DNA of 64,000 nt, taken from the NCBI GenBank assembly GCA_964496095.1, contig CAZBWU010000003.1, forward strand, positions 65,901-129,900, written 5' to 3'. The notes beneath the pieces were generated by a model, which worked only from the letters and a program-made list of their open reading frames with translations, was not told the origin of the DNA and searched no databases. This stretch comes from an uncultured Gammaproteobacteria bacterium. GTDB taxonomy: Bacteria; Patescibacteriota; Patescibacteriia; Magasanikbacterales; GWA2-37-8. Within the stretch, counting starts at the first letter, position 1; every line of letters begins with the position of its first letter. Made by a program: the position numbers and the translations under genes. Positions 47,669 through 57,657 of the stretch are shown piece by piece.

Positions 47669-50518
47669 TTAAGCCCCATGGCACTTCTTATACTTCTTTC
47701 CACTTCCACAAGGGCATAAATCATTTCTTCCAATTACTTTTCCATCTGCGTCTTTTTCTTTAGTCTTACTAACCACTTGTTCTTCAACTTCTGCGTCTGT
47801 AGTTTTACTTGCGCCCTTAAAACGCAAAGCATTGCTTCTATCCATTACCGATGGCGCCAACTGAATACCTAAGTTTACTTTATAGATGAGATAAACCACT
47901 TCTTTTTGAATCAAACTCAAAAGCTCATTAAACATTCTAAATGTTTCTTTCTTATACTCTACCAGTGGATCTTGTTGAGCATAACCGCGCAGGCCAATAC
48001 CAGTACGAAGATAATCAACTGCCACCAAGTGATCTACCCAAAGATTATCCATCGCACGAAGCAACACTTGTTTTTCAATTTCAAGTAGCATTTCCGGATT
48101 TGGAACAGCTTTAACCAAGAGAACTTCGTATTTTTCCTTTGCCAAACCAACCAAGTATTCAATAGTTTTGGTACGGATTTCCACATCATCCATTTTTTGC
48201 TCACGCTCCCCAGAAGCCAAGTCCGTAATAAATTTCTTTTCCTCATCTGACAAAGCAAAGATAGTAGAAACTGTTTCTAAGATTTCTTTAACATTCCATT
48301 CGCGACGACTTTCAGCATTGGTGTGAAAAGAAATAACTTGTTCGATCTCCTGCTCTACCATATCAAGAATCATTTGACGCAACGTCTTGGCGTCTGTCAT
48401 CTTGAGCGAAGATTTAGCTGAGTCGAGAGACGCCTTGTCCTCTGGTTTAAGGGATTCCTCCATTTCATCCGGAATGAGAAGTGAGTTATCCAGCGCTTTT
48501 TTTTCTCTATCAAACCCAAACAAAATTTCTCGACGCTTACCGTAAATAACTTCACGGTGACGATTAAGCACGTCATCATATTCCAACAAGTGTTTTCTTG
48601 AATCAAAATGCATGCCTTCTACTTTTTTCTGAGCAGACTCAATAATCCGGCTAATCATTTTTTGTTCGATTGGCATATCTTCCGGCACTTTGAGCGTCTC
48701 CATGACCGAGCGAATACGATCACCAGCAAAAATACGCATCAAATCATCTTGGGTAGAAAGATAAAATTGTGATTGACCAGGATCTCCCTGACGACCACTA
48801 CGACCACGAAGCTGGTTATCAATACGACGACTTTCGTGACGTTCAGTACCAATTACAAATAGACCTCCAGCATTGCGCACTTTTTCGGCCTCTTCTGGCA
48901 CAACCGGATTTCCTCCAAGCAAGATATCAACCCCGCGGCCAGCCATATTAGTAGCGAGCGTGACCGCACCGGCATGACCAGCCTGAGCGATAATCTCACC
49001 TTCTCGTTCGTGATTCTTGGCATTTAAAATTTCATGTTTTATTCCTTCTCTTTCCAAATACAAACTTAAGGCTTCGTTTTTATCTACGGCCACAGTACCG
49101 ATAAGCACTGGCTGGCCCTTGGTTTGCAATTCTTTAACAGTCTGGGCAATAGCTTTGTATTTTGCTTCTTCGGTCTTATAGATTCTGTCTGGATGATTGA
49201 TACGCTGATTGATTTTATTTGGTGGCACGACAACCACTTCTAATTTATAAATTTTGCCAAACTCTTCGGCTTCGGTCACCGCCGTTCCAGTCATACCGGA
49301 CAACTTTGGATATAATCTAAAATAATTCTGAAAAGTAACGGTGGCCATGGTCTGACTTTCTTGTTGGATATTTACGCCTTCTTGGGCTTCAATGGCTTGA
49401 TGCAAACCTTCACTATAACGTCGACCTGGCATCTTGCGACCAGTGAATTCATCAACGATTATTACCTCACCATTTTCAACTATATAATCCCGATCACGAG
49501 CAAATAACGCATGCGCGCGCAAAGCTTGCTCCACATGATGTACGGTTTTGATTCCACCTTCAGCATAAATATTATCTATACCCAACAATTTTTCCATTTT
49601 TGTAATGCCCGCTTCAGAAAGCGTGGCTGAACGCATTTTTTCATCAACATTATAATCTTCCTTTTCTACCAAAGTTCGCACCAAATCCGCAAACTTATAA
49701 TACATATCCGTTGCATCTTCAGCGGGAGCGGAAATAATCAGTGGGGTTCTCGCTTCATCAATCAGGATCGAATCTACTTCGTCAACAATCGCGTAGAAAA
49801 ATGGTCGTTGCGCCATCTCGGCGCTGTTTTGGACCATGTTATCGCGCAAATAATCAAAACCGAATTCATTGTTGGTACCATAGGTAATATCGCAAGCATA
49901 GGCATTTTTTCTAGAACATGATTCTAGATATTCTGTTTCAACTTTAAACATACCTTTAGCATCGCGCTCTTTGTCGGCCTCACTACCTTCGGATAAATTT
50001 TCACCTTGCAAAGTCTTTTGAGCATTATACTTAAAAGAAATTAATTGTTGCTGAATAATCCCCACAGTTAATCCCAAAGCGTCATAAATCTGACTCATCC
50101 AGACTGCATCACGTTTGGCCAAATAATCATTAACTGTCACCACATGCACGCCTTTACCCGCGAGTGCGTTGAGGTATGTTGGTAATGTTCCTACTAAAGT
50201 TTTCCCCTCACCAGTTCCCATTTCTACTATATTACCGCGATGAAGAGCAATACCACCAATAAGCTGAACATCAAAATGACGCATACCAGTGATGCGTTTT
50301 GAAGTTTCACGAATAACAGCATAGGCTTCAGGTAAAATATCGTCTAAAGTTTCGCCCTCGGTCAAACGTTTTTTGAATTCATCAGTTTTGGCACGCAAAT
50401 CTACCAAAGATAACTTTTGCATCTCTGATTCCAACGCATTTATTTCTTCTACAATCGGCTTGATACCTGCGACTACTTTGGCGTTTGGATCTCCAAAAAT
50501 TTTAGTGAGAAATGACAT
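47669..50518 (-). CDS. secA: preprotein translocase ATPase SecA
   Basis: MGTGEGKT, DEVDSILIDEARTPLIIS, QLRGRSGRQGDPG, C-terminal SEC-C CPCGSGKKYKKCH. Confidence 0.98.
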   Translation of the reverse strand: MSFLTKIFGDPNAKVVAGIKPIVEEINALESEMQKLSLVDLRAKTDEFKKRLTEGETLDDILPEAYAVIRETSKRITGMRHFDVQLIGGIALHRGNIVEMGTGEGKTLVGTLPTYLNALAGKGVHVVTVNDYLAKRDAVWMSQIYDALGLTVGIIQQQLISFKYNAQKTLQGENLSEGSEADKERDAKGMFKVETEYLESCSRKNAYACDITYGTNNEFGFDYLRDNMVQNSAEMAQRPFFYAIVDEVDSILIDEARTPLIISAPAEDATDMYYKFADLVRTLVEKEDYNVDEKMRSATLSEAGITKMEKLLGIDNIYAEGGIKTVHHVEQALRAHALFARDRDYIVENGEVIIVDEFTGRKMPGRRYSEGLHQAIEAQEGVNIQQESQTMATVTFQNYFRLYPKLSGMTGTAVTEAEEFGKIYKLEVVVVPPNKINQRINHPDRIYKTEEAKYKAIAQTVKELQTKGQPVLIGTVAVDKNEALSLYLEREGIKHEILNAKNHEREGEIIAQAGHAGAVTLATNMAGRGVDILLGGNPVVPEEAEKVRNAGGLFVIGTERHESRRIDNQLRGRSGRQGDPGQSQFYLSTQDDLMRIFAGDRIRSVMETLKVPEDMPIEQKMISRIIESAQKKVEGMHFDSRKHLLEYDDVLNRHREVIYGKRREILFGFDREKKALDNSLLIPDEMEESLKPEDKASLDSAKSSLKMTDAKTLRQMILDMVEQEIEQVISFHTNAESRREWNVKEILETVSTIFALSDEEKKFITDLASGEREQKMDDVEIRTKTIEYLVGLAKEKYEVLLVKAVPNPEMLLEIEKQVLLRAMDNLWVDHLVAVDYLRTGIGLRGYAQQDPLVEYKKETFRMFNELLSLIQKEVVYLIYKVNLGIQLAPSVMDRSNALRFKGASKTTDAEVEEQVVSKTKEKDADGKVIGRNDLCPCGSGKKYKKCHGA
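48395..48479. repeat. REP-like repeat inserted in frame in secA
   Basis: tgtcatcttgagc...ggtttaagggattcctcc...cggaatgaga. Confidence 0.85.
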
Positions 50519-50580
50519 AAATAATATTAAAAATAAGCCCTCTTTAGGCTTTTGCATTTTATCATAGATAATAGAGATAA

Positions 50581-50901
50581 TCAAGGATTTTGAGGAGTGT
50601 TCTGAGATAACAAAAGCGCACTTATTCTTTCCCCTTCTCGTTCCACCACTTCCCCATCATACTCACCTGAATGAGCCGTCACACCTTCATAAATTGGCCG
50701 TTTTTGATCCAAATGTAAATCAAAACTAACAAAGTCGCCTTCTTGTTTTATATAAACATGATACCTGGGATAAAAATCACGATGGATACGTTTGGCAAAA
50801 CTAGTTTTGCCCATGCGCCTGTCTATTATCTTGGCATAACCACAGCGCATGAGATTTTTTTCCGGATCACTAATTTGTTCTTTTTTGAATTTGATTATCA
50901 T
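50581..50901 (-). CDS. hypothetical protein
   Basis: YPRYHVY...LHLDQK...HSGEYDG; start moved to MIIKFKK. Confidence 0.75.
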   Translation of the reverse strand: MIIKFKKEQISDPEKNLMRCGYAKIIDRRMGKTSFAKRIHRDFYPRYHVYIKQEGDFVSFDLHLDQKRPIYEGVTAHSGEYDGEVVEREGERISALLLSQNTPQNP

Positions 50902-50908
50902 AATTTGA

Positions 50909-51460
50909 TTAATTTTTAGCAACCACAAAACAGTGACGACAAACAGGTTGATAAGTAAAAGTACCATCATCAGGAATAACTGAAGGCATACCAGACACTA
51001 CTGGTTCACCTTTGCTAAATACTTGGGTATAAACCGCTTCAGGTAAACGACAAATTTCACAAGCGGCTCTTCGATATCGTACTTCCTTTGGCCCAAGCTC
51101 AAGTAAGCCTTTGACTATGTCAAAAATCTTACCCTTATAATCCATATCTAGTCCGGCAGCCACGACCTTAACTCCGTTTTTTAATAACTGCGACACCACG
51201 GCCACGTCGGCTGGATCAAACATATGCACTTCATCTATACCAATCACAGAATAATTTTTTTCAAGGGCTTCTTGCAAACTAATAATTTTTTTAGCTTCTA
51301 TACCCACGCCATTGCGAGAAGAAATTTTTTCATCGCGAACATTACGATTTGACTGATAAAGGACATGAGAAATATCTGTATATTGTAATGGCGCAAAATG
51401 ACTTATCAAATCAAACGACTTTCCGCTTTTCATTGGTCCAAGTATCAATGTGAGATCCAT
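50909..51460 (-). CDS. tdk: thymidine kinase
   Basis: GPMKSGKS, IDEVH, AGLD, CEIC...YQPVCRHCF. Confidence 0.95.
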   Translation of the reverse strand: MDLTLILGPMKSGKSFDLISHFAPLQYTDISHVLYQSNRNVRDEKISSRNGVGIEAKKIISLQEALEKNYSVIGIDEVHMFDPADVAVVSQLLKNGVKVVAAGLDMDYKGKIFDIVKGLLELGPKEVRYRRAACEICRLPEAVYTQVFSKGEPVVSGMPSVIPDDGTFTYQPVCRHCFVVAKN

Positions 51461-51485
51461 AGGATAATAATAAACAGTAAAAAAA

Positions 51486-52112
51486 TTATCTTAATAAGAT
51501 TGCCCGCACCGGCGATCCGTCTACATCCTGTAAAGCCAAGGGCACAGCCATCAAAAAATATTCCCCTTCTTCAACGTTTGCCAAATTTATACTTTCCAAG
51601 ATCGGAATATTTTTTTCTAAGAAAGCAGTGTGAGGCGTATTATCCACAGAACCTTTTTGTTTTACAGACAGATAATCTACACCAATCAATTTTATATTTT
51701 TATCTGCCAAATACTTGGCTGCGTCGCTAGCGAGATAAACATAATCATTATAAAATTCATCATACCCACGGTCTGAATTTTTTGTTTTCAACAAAATTCT
51801 TTCATCACTAGCAATATTAAATTTTTCCAAAACTTCTTTTGTGACAGCTTCCTGGCATTCTCGCACATCCAAAACTCTACAAGATCCTACAAAATTTTCC
51901 AAAGGCATTTCATTTATATTTTTTCCAAAATCAAAGACATGGCTAGGCGCGTCTACATGCGAACCAAAATGTGTACCCAAGCTAAGTTTGGTCAATTGAG
52001 AACCGCTCGGTTTTTTTATTTTTTCCATACTCAAAGACGGATCACCCGGGTAGACAATTGTTTTTTCATTCAAAGGTAGAGATATGTCGATAATTTTTTT
52101 ATACTCAAACAT
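51486..52112 (-). CDS. cyclase/kynurenine formamidase family protein
   Basis: THFGSHVDAPSH, GVDYLS, DGSPVRA. Confidence 0.92.
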   Translation of the reverse strand: MFEYKKIIDISLPLNEKTIVYPGDPSLSMEKIKKPSGSQLTKLSLGTHFGSHVDAPSHVFDFGKNINEMPLENFVGSCRVLDVRECQEAVTKEVLEKFNIASDERILLKTKNSDRGYDEFYNDYVYLASDAAKYLADKNIKLIGVDYLSVKQKGSVDNTPHTAFLEKNIPILESINLANVEEGEYFLMAVPLALQDVDGSPVRAILLR

Positions 52113-52123
52113 AATATGGTAAC

Positions 52124-52197
52124 TGTCATTCCCAACTTAATTGGGAATCCAGTGTCGAATTAAATTGTCTGGATTCCCGCTTTTGGCGGGAATGACA
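52124..52197. repeat. REP-like repeat
   Basis: tgtcattccc...gggaatccag...ctggattcccgc...gcgggaatgaca. Confidence 0.88.
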
Positions 52198-52208
52198 ATT
52201 GAATAAAT

Positions 52209-54662
52209 TTATTTTTTAATATTAATCTTTTTAGTAACACTGTGTCCACCAAACTGATTACGCAAAGCCGAGACTACCTTGCCGGTATAACTTGGATTTT
52301 TGGCAGAATGATAACGGAATAATAATGAATCAGCAATCACTTTTGCCGCCACCTTAAACTCTTTAGCAGTTTTGACAGTCCAAGCCCCTTCTCCCAAATG
52401 AGAAACCGTGCTAGAAATATCTTTCAAATCTTTCCCGTATTCTTCTAGCCCTTTTTTGAGCCAACCGATAAGACGGGACTCAACCACACTACCGTGATTA
52501 TAGATACTAGCAATTTTTATTAGATCAAGCTTAAACGGCGCTTTTTTCATAATTGCAAAACCTTCACCAATTGCTTGCATCATACCATACTCAATGCCAT
52601 TGTGGATCATTTTTACAAAATGCCCGGCTCCCAAACCATCAAAATGTTCGGTACCGCCAGCGGTTGCCCCATCGACAAACAATGGTAATAGTTCATTGTA
52701 TAATTTTCTATCCCCACCAACCATAAAACAAGCGCCATTGCGCGCCCCGCCCGGACCGCCCGAGAAGCCCACATCAGCAAACCTGATCCCCAATTTTGCC
52801 AATTTTTTTCCACGACGAATTGTATCTTTATAATATGAATTTCCTGCATCAAGAATAATATCGCCCTTCTGCAAAAAATCTACCAATCCGCCTTTATCAA
52901 AAATACTACGGTATTTTCTAGGCACGCTCGGAGATGAAAATAATTTTTCATCTCTCTCACTTTGCCCGAAAATTGTTTGATCAATCACTTCTCCGGACGG
53001 CAACATCAGCCAAACAATTTTTGGCTTACTTGATAGTTGAGAACAAAATTCCGGTAAAGAAAAGGATCCTACCATGCCGTGTTTAATCATCTCCTGAGTT
53101 TTTTCCGGAGACCTGTTATAACCAACCACTCGCCAACCTTTTTCGATAAGTTGCCAAGCAAAATTGTTTCCCATTTTTCCTAATCCAATAATGCCAATTT
53201 CTTTATTTAAAGGTTTTAAATTATCTACTGGCAAAACAAAATCGTTTTTAGCGCCTATCTTGTAAGTCAATAATTCTGTTTTATTTTTTTGCCAAGCTTG
53301 CATAATCGCTTCCACGAACCGCCACTCGGCGGTAATTTCTGCGGTGGAAATAAACAGGGTCTGATCACCTTTTACAATATCTAAAATCAACTGTTCATAG
53401 TCTGGAATAAAATCCTTCTTATCAATGTCGTTATAATTAAAATTAAAATCTACTTGGCTCAGCGTATGATTATGCCCTGGTTTTTTAGCCAAAAAACCTA
53501 CCTTAATATTTTCATCAGGCTTGATATTGTAGCGCAAAGTATTTTGATAGTGCCCGCCAGCAGGACAGAGCAAACACGGCGTCGGATGTTTAAATGTTAA
53601 TTTAATCTCACCACGACTCTCAGCCAGACCCTTACCGCCTTCTATATAGAGAGGCACGCCCGCAAAAGGTCCTGAATGCATTGTGGCCTTAACTTTAAAA
53701 TATGTCTCTGTATTTGAGTTTGGGTGTATCTTGTTCTGTGTGCGATAACCCTCGTACTGAGCGCGGAGAGTATTACTTTTTACTCCGTCAATGTCTAGCA
53801 CTTCCAAACGAGCCAAGCTCTCGGCGCGCTTTTTACGAATTTCGTCAGCCGTAAAACTATCGGGGTTGTCCATCGTAAACAAAGCTATAAGTTGTAATAA
53901 ATGATTCTGACCAACATCACGCAAAGCGCCTACCTTATCATAAAAATCCCCTCTTTCTTCTATATCTTCTGCTTCATTTAAAATAAACTCTATTTTTTCT
54001 ACATATTTATTATTCCAAGCCGGCGTCAAAAATAAATTACTAAAACGAAAAGCGATAATGTTTCGGACTGTTTCTTTTCCTAAATAATGATCTATGCGAT
54101 AAATCTGGTCTTCTCTAAATAGTTTACCCAATAACATATCCAGCTCTTGAGCGGATTTGAGATCAGAACCAAAAGGTTTTTCAATCACAATTCTATTCAC
54201 ACCATCTTTAGGATCACAAGGTTCGGCCAACCCTGAATTTTTCAATCCTAACAAAATAGTTTTGTAATTATTCGGAGGCACAGCCAAATAGAAAATTTTA
54301 TCTGAACAAAAACTCCAACCAGTATTAGTTTTTCCCAAAGCGTTGGCTAATTTTTTATAAGCGTTTTTATCTTCAAAATTTCCACTGATATAAAAAAAAC
54401 AATTTAGAAAATTTTCCAACTCTACTTCGCGAGTACCACGAGAAGCCCCGCTCTCAACCAAAATATTACGAATATAATCTCTTAAAGACTGATCAGTCAA
54501 ATCTCGTCTAGAAAAACCATAGATCTGCAATTTTTCCGGCAATAACTTTTTGGTATATAGGCTAAAAAATGATGGTAAAATCTTGGTCCTTACCAAATCG
54601 CCAGTAACACCAAATAGTACAAAAACACTAGGCACGGCAAAACGGGGTATATGATTAGACAT
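52209..54662 (-). CDS. zwf: fused glucose-6-phosphate dehydrogenase and 6-phosphogluconate dehydrogenase (zwf-gnd)
   Basis: N-part GVTGDL, IEKPFG, RIDHYLGKE; C-part IGLGKMG, DAGNS, SGG, KMIHNGIEYG, LRNQFGGH. Confidence 0.93.
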   Translation of the reverse strand: MSNHIPRFAVPSVFVLFGVTGDLVRTKILPSFFSLYTKKLLPEKLQIYGFSRRDLTDQSLRDYIRNILVESGASRGTREVELENFLNCFFYISGNFEDKNAYKKLANALGKTNTGWSFCSDKIFYLAVPPNNYKTILLGLKNSGLAEPCDPKDGVNRIVIEKPFGSDLKSAQELDMLLGKLFREDQIYRIDHYLGKETVRNIIAFRFSNLFLTPAWNNKYVEKIEFILNEAEDIEERGDFYDKVGALRDVGQNHLLQLIALFTMDNPDSFTADEIRKKRAESLARLEVLDIDGVKSNTLRAQYEGYRTQNKIHPNSNTETYFKVKATMHSGPFAGVPLYIEGGKGLAESRGEIKLTFKHPTPCLLCPAGGHYQNTLRYNIKPDENIKVGFLAKKPGHNHTLSQVDFNFNYNDIDKKDFIPDYEQLILDIVKGDQTLFISTAEITAEWRFVEAIMQAWQKNKTELLTYKIGAKNDFVLPVDNLKPLNKEIGIIGLGKMGNNFAWQLIEKGWRVVGYNRSPEKTQEMIKHGMVGSFSLPEFCSQLSSKPKIVWLMLPSGEVIDQTIFGQSERDEKLFSSPSVPRKYRSIFDKGGLVDFLQKGDIILDAGNSYYKDTIRRGKKLAKLGIRFADVGFSGGPGGARNGACFMVGGDRKLYNELLPLFVDGATAGGTEHFDGLGAGHFVKMIHNGIEYGMMQAIGEGFAIMKKAPFKLDLIKIASIYNHGSVVESRLIGWLKKGLEEYGKDLKDISSTVSHLGEGAWTVKTAKEFKVAAKVIADSLLFRYHSAKNPSYTGKVVSALRNQFGGHSVTKKINIKK
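52896..52964. repeat. palindromic insertion in frame in the gnd domain
   Basis: aaaatactacggtatttt and gagatgaaaa-taa-tttttcatctc hairpins. Confidence 0.65.
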
Positions 54663-54751
54663 AAAATAATTTAAGCTTTTATGAATTAAAACCTTAATTT
54701 TAAAAGCCAATATATTTTACTACACTTGTCAACAAGTGGCAATTTAAACAA

Positions 54752-54786
54752 CAAAAAACCCGCTCTTCTTGACGGGCGGGTTTTTC
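54752..54786 (-). terminator. intrinsic terminator
   Basis: aaaaaacccgctc...gggcgggttttt. Confidence 0.75.
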
Positions 54787-54794
54787 TAATTTGA

Positions 54795-56063
54795 TTAATA
54801 TCGTCTGCGGAAATTTCTATTACCGCTTCCGGCACTACTACCACCAAACGGACGTCTTGGCGGAAAACTACTGCGACGTTGGTTGTTTTCTTCTTTGAAG
54901 AAACTTGGCGCAGAGTTGGCTCGGCGTGGAGGCAATACTGGCAAGGACAAAACCGGAATTGTTTTTTTGATTAATCTTTCAATTTGCTTGATATCTCCGC
55001 GTTCGTCGGGAGTAGCAAAAGAAATCGCTTTACCAAAACTTTCGGCGCGACCAGTACGACCGATGCGGTGCACATAATCTTCCGAGTTGTCAGGCAAATC
55101 ATAATTGATAACCAAGGAGATACCAGTGACGTCGATACCACGAGAAGCAATGTCAGTAGCCACAAGCACTCTATACTTGCCACGCTTAAAGCCTTCTAAG
55201 GCGTCTTTGCGTTGAGCAAGCGAACGGTTGGAGTGAATTTCAGCTGCGGTATGACCCATGCCACGAACATTGATGGTAATTCTTTTAGCGCCATGTTTGG
55301 TGCGAGAAAAAATCAAAACCGAACCTTTGTTATCATCTAGAATCTTATCAAGCAATTGAGTCTTACCATCTTTATTGATAATAAATAATTCTTGTTCAAC
55401 ATTCTTAGATGAAGTTCCAGCTGGAGCCACCTCAATACGCAAAGGGATTTTCATGTAGCGACTAGCAATCTCGGCAATGGCGCGAGGCATAGTAGCAGAA
55501 AACATAAGAGTCTGGCGATCAGTTGGCACCAAAGACAAGATCTGTTTGATCTGTGGCATAAAACCAATATCAAACATGCGATCAGCTTCATCAAGCACCA
55601 CAATCTTCATTCTATTTAAATTCAAATTTCTTTGTTCAAGATGATCCATCAATCTACCAGGAGTAGAAACGATAATATGTGGACCACGAGCCAGCATTTG
55701 TCTTTGTTGATAAGCAGAGGCGCCACCAATAAGCACAGCTGTACGAAGACCAAGAGGTCTGCCGATTTTTTGCAACACTTCATCTACCTGCAAAGCGAGT
55801 TCACGAGTAGGAAGCAAAATAAGGCCTTGAGCTGGACTAGTGATTTGGGACAAAATCTGAATCATTGGAATACCAAAAGCCATGGTTTTACCAGTTCCAG
55901 TCTGAGCAATACCAACAATATCTTTGCCTTGCAAAGCTTGAGGAATACACTGGTGCTGAATAGGCGTAGGTACCAAAAATTTCAATCGCTCGAGGTTATC
56001 AAGCAATTTTGGGGCGATCCCAAGGTCGCTAAAACGAGCCTGGGCTGGTGTGTTCTGTGTCAT
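54795..56063 (-). CDS. DEAD-box RNA helicase
   Basis: AQTGTGKT, PTRELA, DEAD, SAT, HRIGRTGR. Confidence 0.96.
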   Translation of the reverse strand: MTQNTPAQARFSDLGIAPKLLDNLERLKFLVPTPIQHQCIPQALQGKDIVGIAQTGTGKTMAFGIPMIQILSQITSPAQGLILLPTRELALQVDEVLQKIGRPLGLRTAVLIGGASAYQQRQMLARGPHIIVSTPGRLMDHLEQRNLNLNRMKIVVLDEADRMFDIGFMPQIKQILSLVPTDRQTLMFSATMPRAIAEIASRYMKIPLRIEVAPAGTSSKNVEQELFIINKDGKTQLLDKILDDNKGSVLIFSRTKHGAKRITINVRGMGHTAAEIHSNRSLAQRKDALEGFKRGKYRVLVATDIASRGIDVTGISLVINYDLPDNSEDYVHRIGRTGRAESFGKAISFATPDERGDIKQIERLIKKTIPVLSLPVLPPRRANSAPSFFKEENNQRRSSFPPRRPFGGSSAGSGNRNFRRRY

Positions 56064-56208
56064 ATTGTATTGTTTAGTGACCCAAGATACTGAGAAGGTC
56101 ACATAAATGACACAAAATAGATCTGAGTCCTTGGCTAACCAATAGCGGTAGCCATTATTAAGAAGTCGCTAGTATAGCAGAAAAACCTGGGTTTGTCAAG
56201 GGTAAAGC

Positions 56209-56811
56209 TTAAGCCGAAACTTTTTTATAAGCCTCGCGCTCACTCAACCTAGCCATCCAAGCCGTAATATTTGGGTAAGATGACAAATCAAAATTAACAA
56301 AGCTGGTCAAGCGTGCCACAGACATTGCGGCAATATCAGCCAAAGTAAACTTATCCATAACCATATATTCTTTGCCAGCCAAATGGCCTTCCAAAACGCC
56401 TAAGTAGCGAGGAAGTTCTTGTTCACGAGCCAACTTAGTTGCTTCTGAATCTGGAGTTTTGCGATAAGTCTGTAAAACTAATGGTTCAAAAGCATTAGCA
56501 AGATGAATAACTGACCAGAAATTCCATTGGTTAACTTCAGCATGTTCTTTGGCAGTGGTACCCACAAATTGCATGGCTTGGTATTTTTCCATTAGATAAT
56601 AACAAATAGCCATTGATTCCCACACGACTACATCACCATCTACCATAGTTGGCACTTTGCCGTTTGGATTGAGCTTGAGATACTCGGCTGATTTGTTTTC
56701 TCCCTTAGCAAAGTCTACTGATTGGGTTTCATATTCAATACCTCCAATTTCTTCCATCAACCAATAACAACGAAAAGCGGTCGAACGCGGTGTGCCGTAA
56801 ATTTTGATCAT
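56209..56811 (-). CDS. glutathione S-transferase family protein
   Basis: LNPNGKVP, WESMAI, FTLADI. Confidence 0.92.
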   Translation of the reverse strand: MIKIYGTPRSTAFRCYWLMEEIGGIEYETQSVDFAKGENKSAEYLKLNPNGKVPTMVDGDVVVWESMAICYYLMEKYQAMQFVGTTAKEHAEVNQWNFWSVIHLANAFEPLVLQTYRKTPDSEATKLAREQELPRYLGVLEGHLAGKEYMVMDKFTLADIAAMSVARLTSFVNFDLSSYPNITAWMARLSEREAYKKVSA

Positions 56812-56826
56812 ACAAAATATGGGTTA

Positions 56827-56890
56827 ATCCCGATTTTTCTGTGGCGAAAAATCGAGGATCCTCGATTCTGCCACGAAGCAGAATCGGGAT
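56827..56890. repeat. double-hairpin palindromic element
   Basis: atcccgattttt...aaaaatcgagg-atcctcgattctg...cagaatcgggat. Confidence 0.6.
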
Positions 56891-56897
56891 AATTTAA

Positions 56898-57653
56898 TTA
56901 TTTCATTTTAATATTCCGCTTGGTCACCCACTGCATAGCTCCAAACAACAAAACCGAAACACCAAGCATGACCGCCAAAGAAATATTTGGATTCAAATCA
57001 GAATAACCGGTAATAGCATAACGGAAAAAATTAACATTATGATGAAGCGGGTTAAAAAGACTTATAATATTCCAAGGACTTGGCAACCCAGCAATTGGAT
57101 AAAAAACCCCCGCCAAAAATATCATTGGTTGCATCACAAACGTATTCATAAAAGTCAGCGCTTCAAAATTCTTGGCCGCAAAACCAAAAGCTACACCGAG
57201 CATCCCAAATTCCAAACCAGTAAAAAATAACGCTAAAATAAAATACAATGGATGCGCAGGCAAACCTAAACCAGGGATAAACCAAACTGTAGCCAAAATC
57301 GCAATACAAAAAGTAATTACTCCACGAGTGAGAGCGGCCAAGGCATAGGCAATTCCAATGCGCCACGGCGCAATTGGCACTAATTGCAAATCTATAATAT
57401 TGCCTAAATTTTTGGCAATTACGAGCGCAAAAGACGGATTGGAAAAACTATTATTGATTACTAGCATGGCAAGTAAACCAGTATAAACAAAAGTTAAATA
57501 CGGTAAACCGCTTACCTCGCGCCCAGATGTCACAATACCAAAAACCCCCAAATATAAAGCAATAGAAACAATCGGACTAAAAACCGTATCCATCCAAATT
57601 TTTTGGAAACGTTTTACTTCTCTGGAATATAATGCCCACATGTTTGTTTGCAT
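56898..57653 (-). CDS. ABC-2 type transporter permease
   Basis: REVKRF, PMIFLAGVFYP, NPLHH. Confidence 0.9.
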   Translation of the reverse strand: MQTNMWALYSREVKRFQKIWMDTVFSPIVSIALYLGVFGIVTSGREVSGLPYLTFVYTGLLAMLVINNSFSNPSFALVIAKNLGNIIDLQLVPIAPWRIGIAYALAALTRGVITFCIAILATVWFIPGLGLPAHPLYFILALFFTGLEFGMLGVAFGFAAKNFEALTFMNTFVMQPMIFLAGVFYPIAGLPSPWNIISLFNPLHHNVNFFRYAITGYSDLNPNISLAVMLGVSVLLFGAMQWVTKRNIKMK

Positions 57654-57657
57654 ATTA

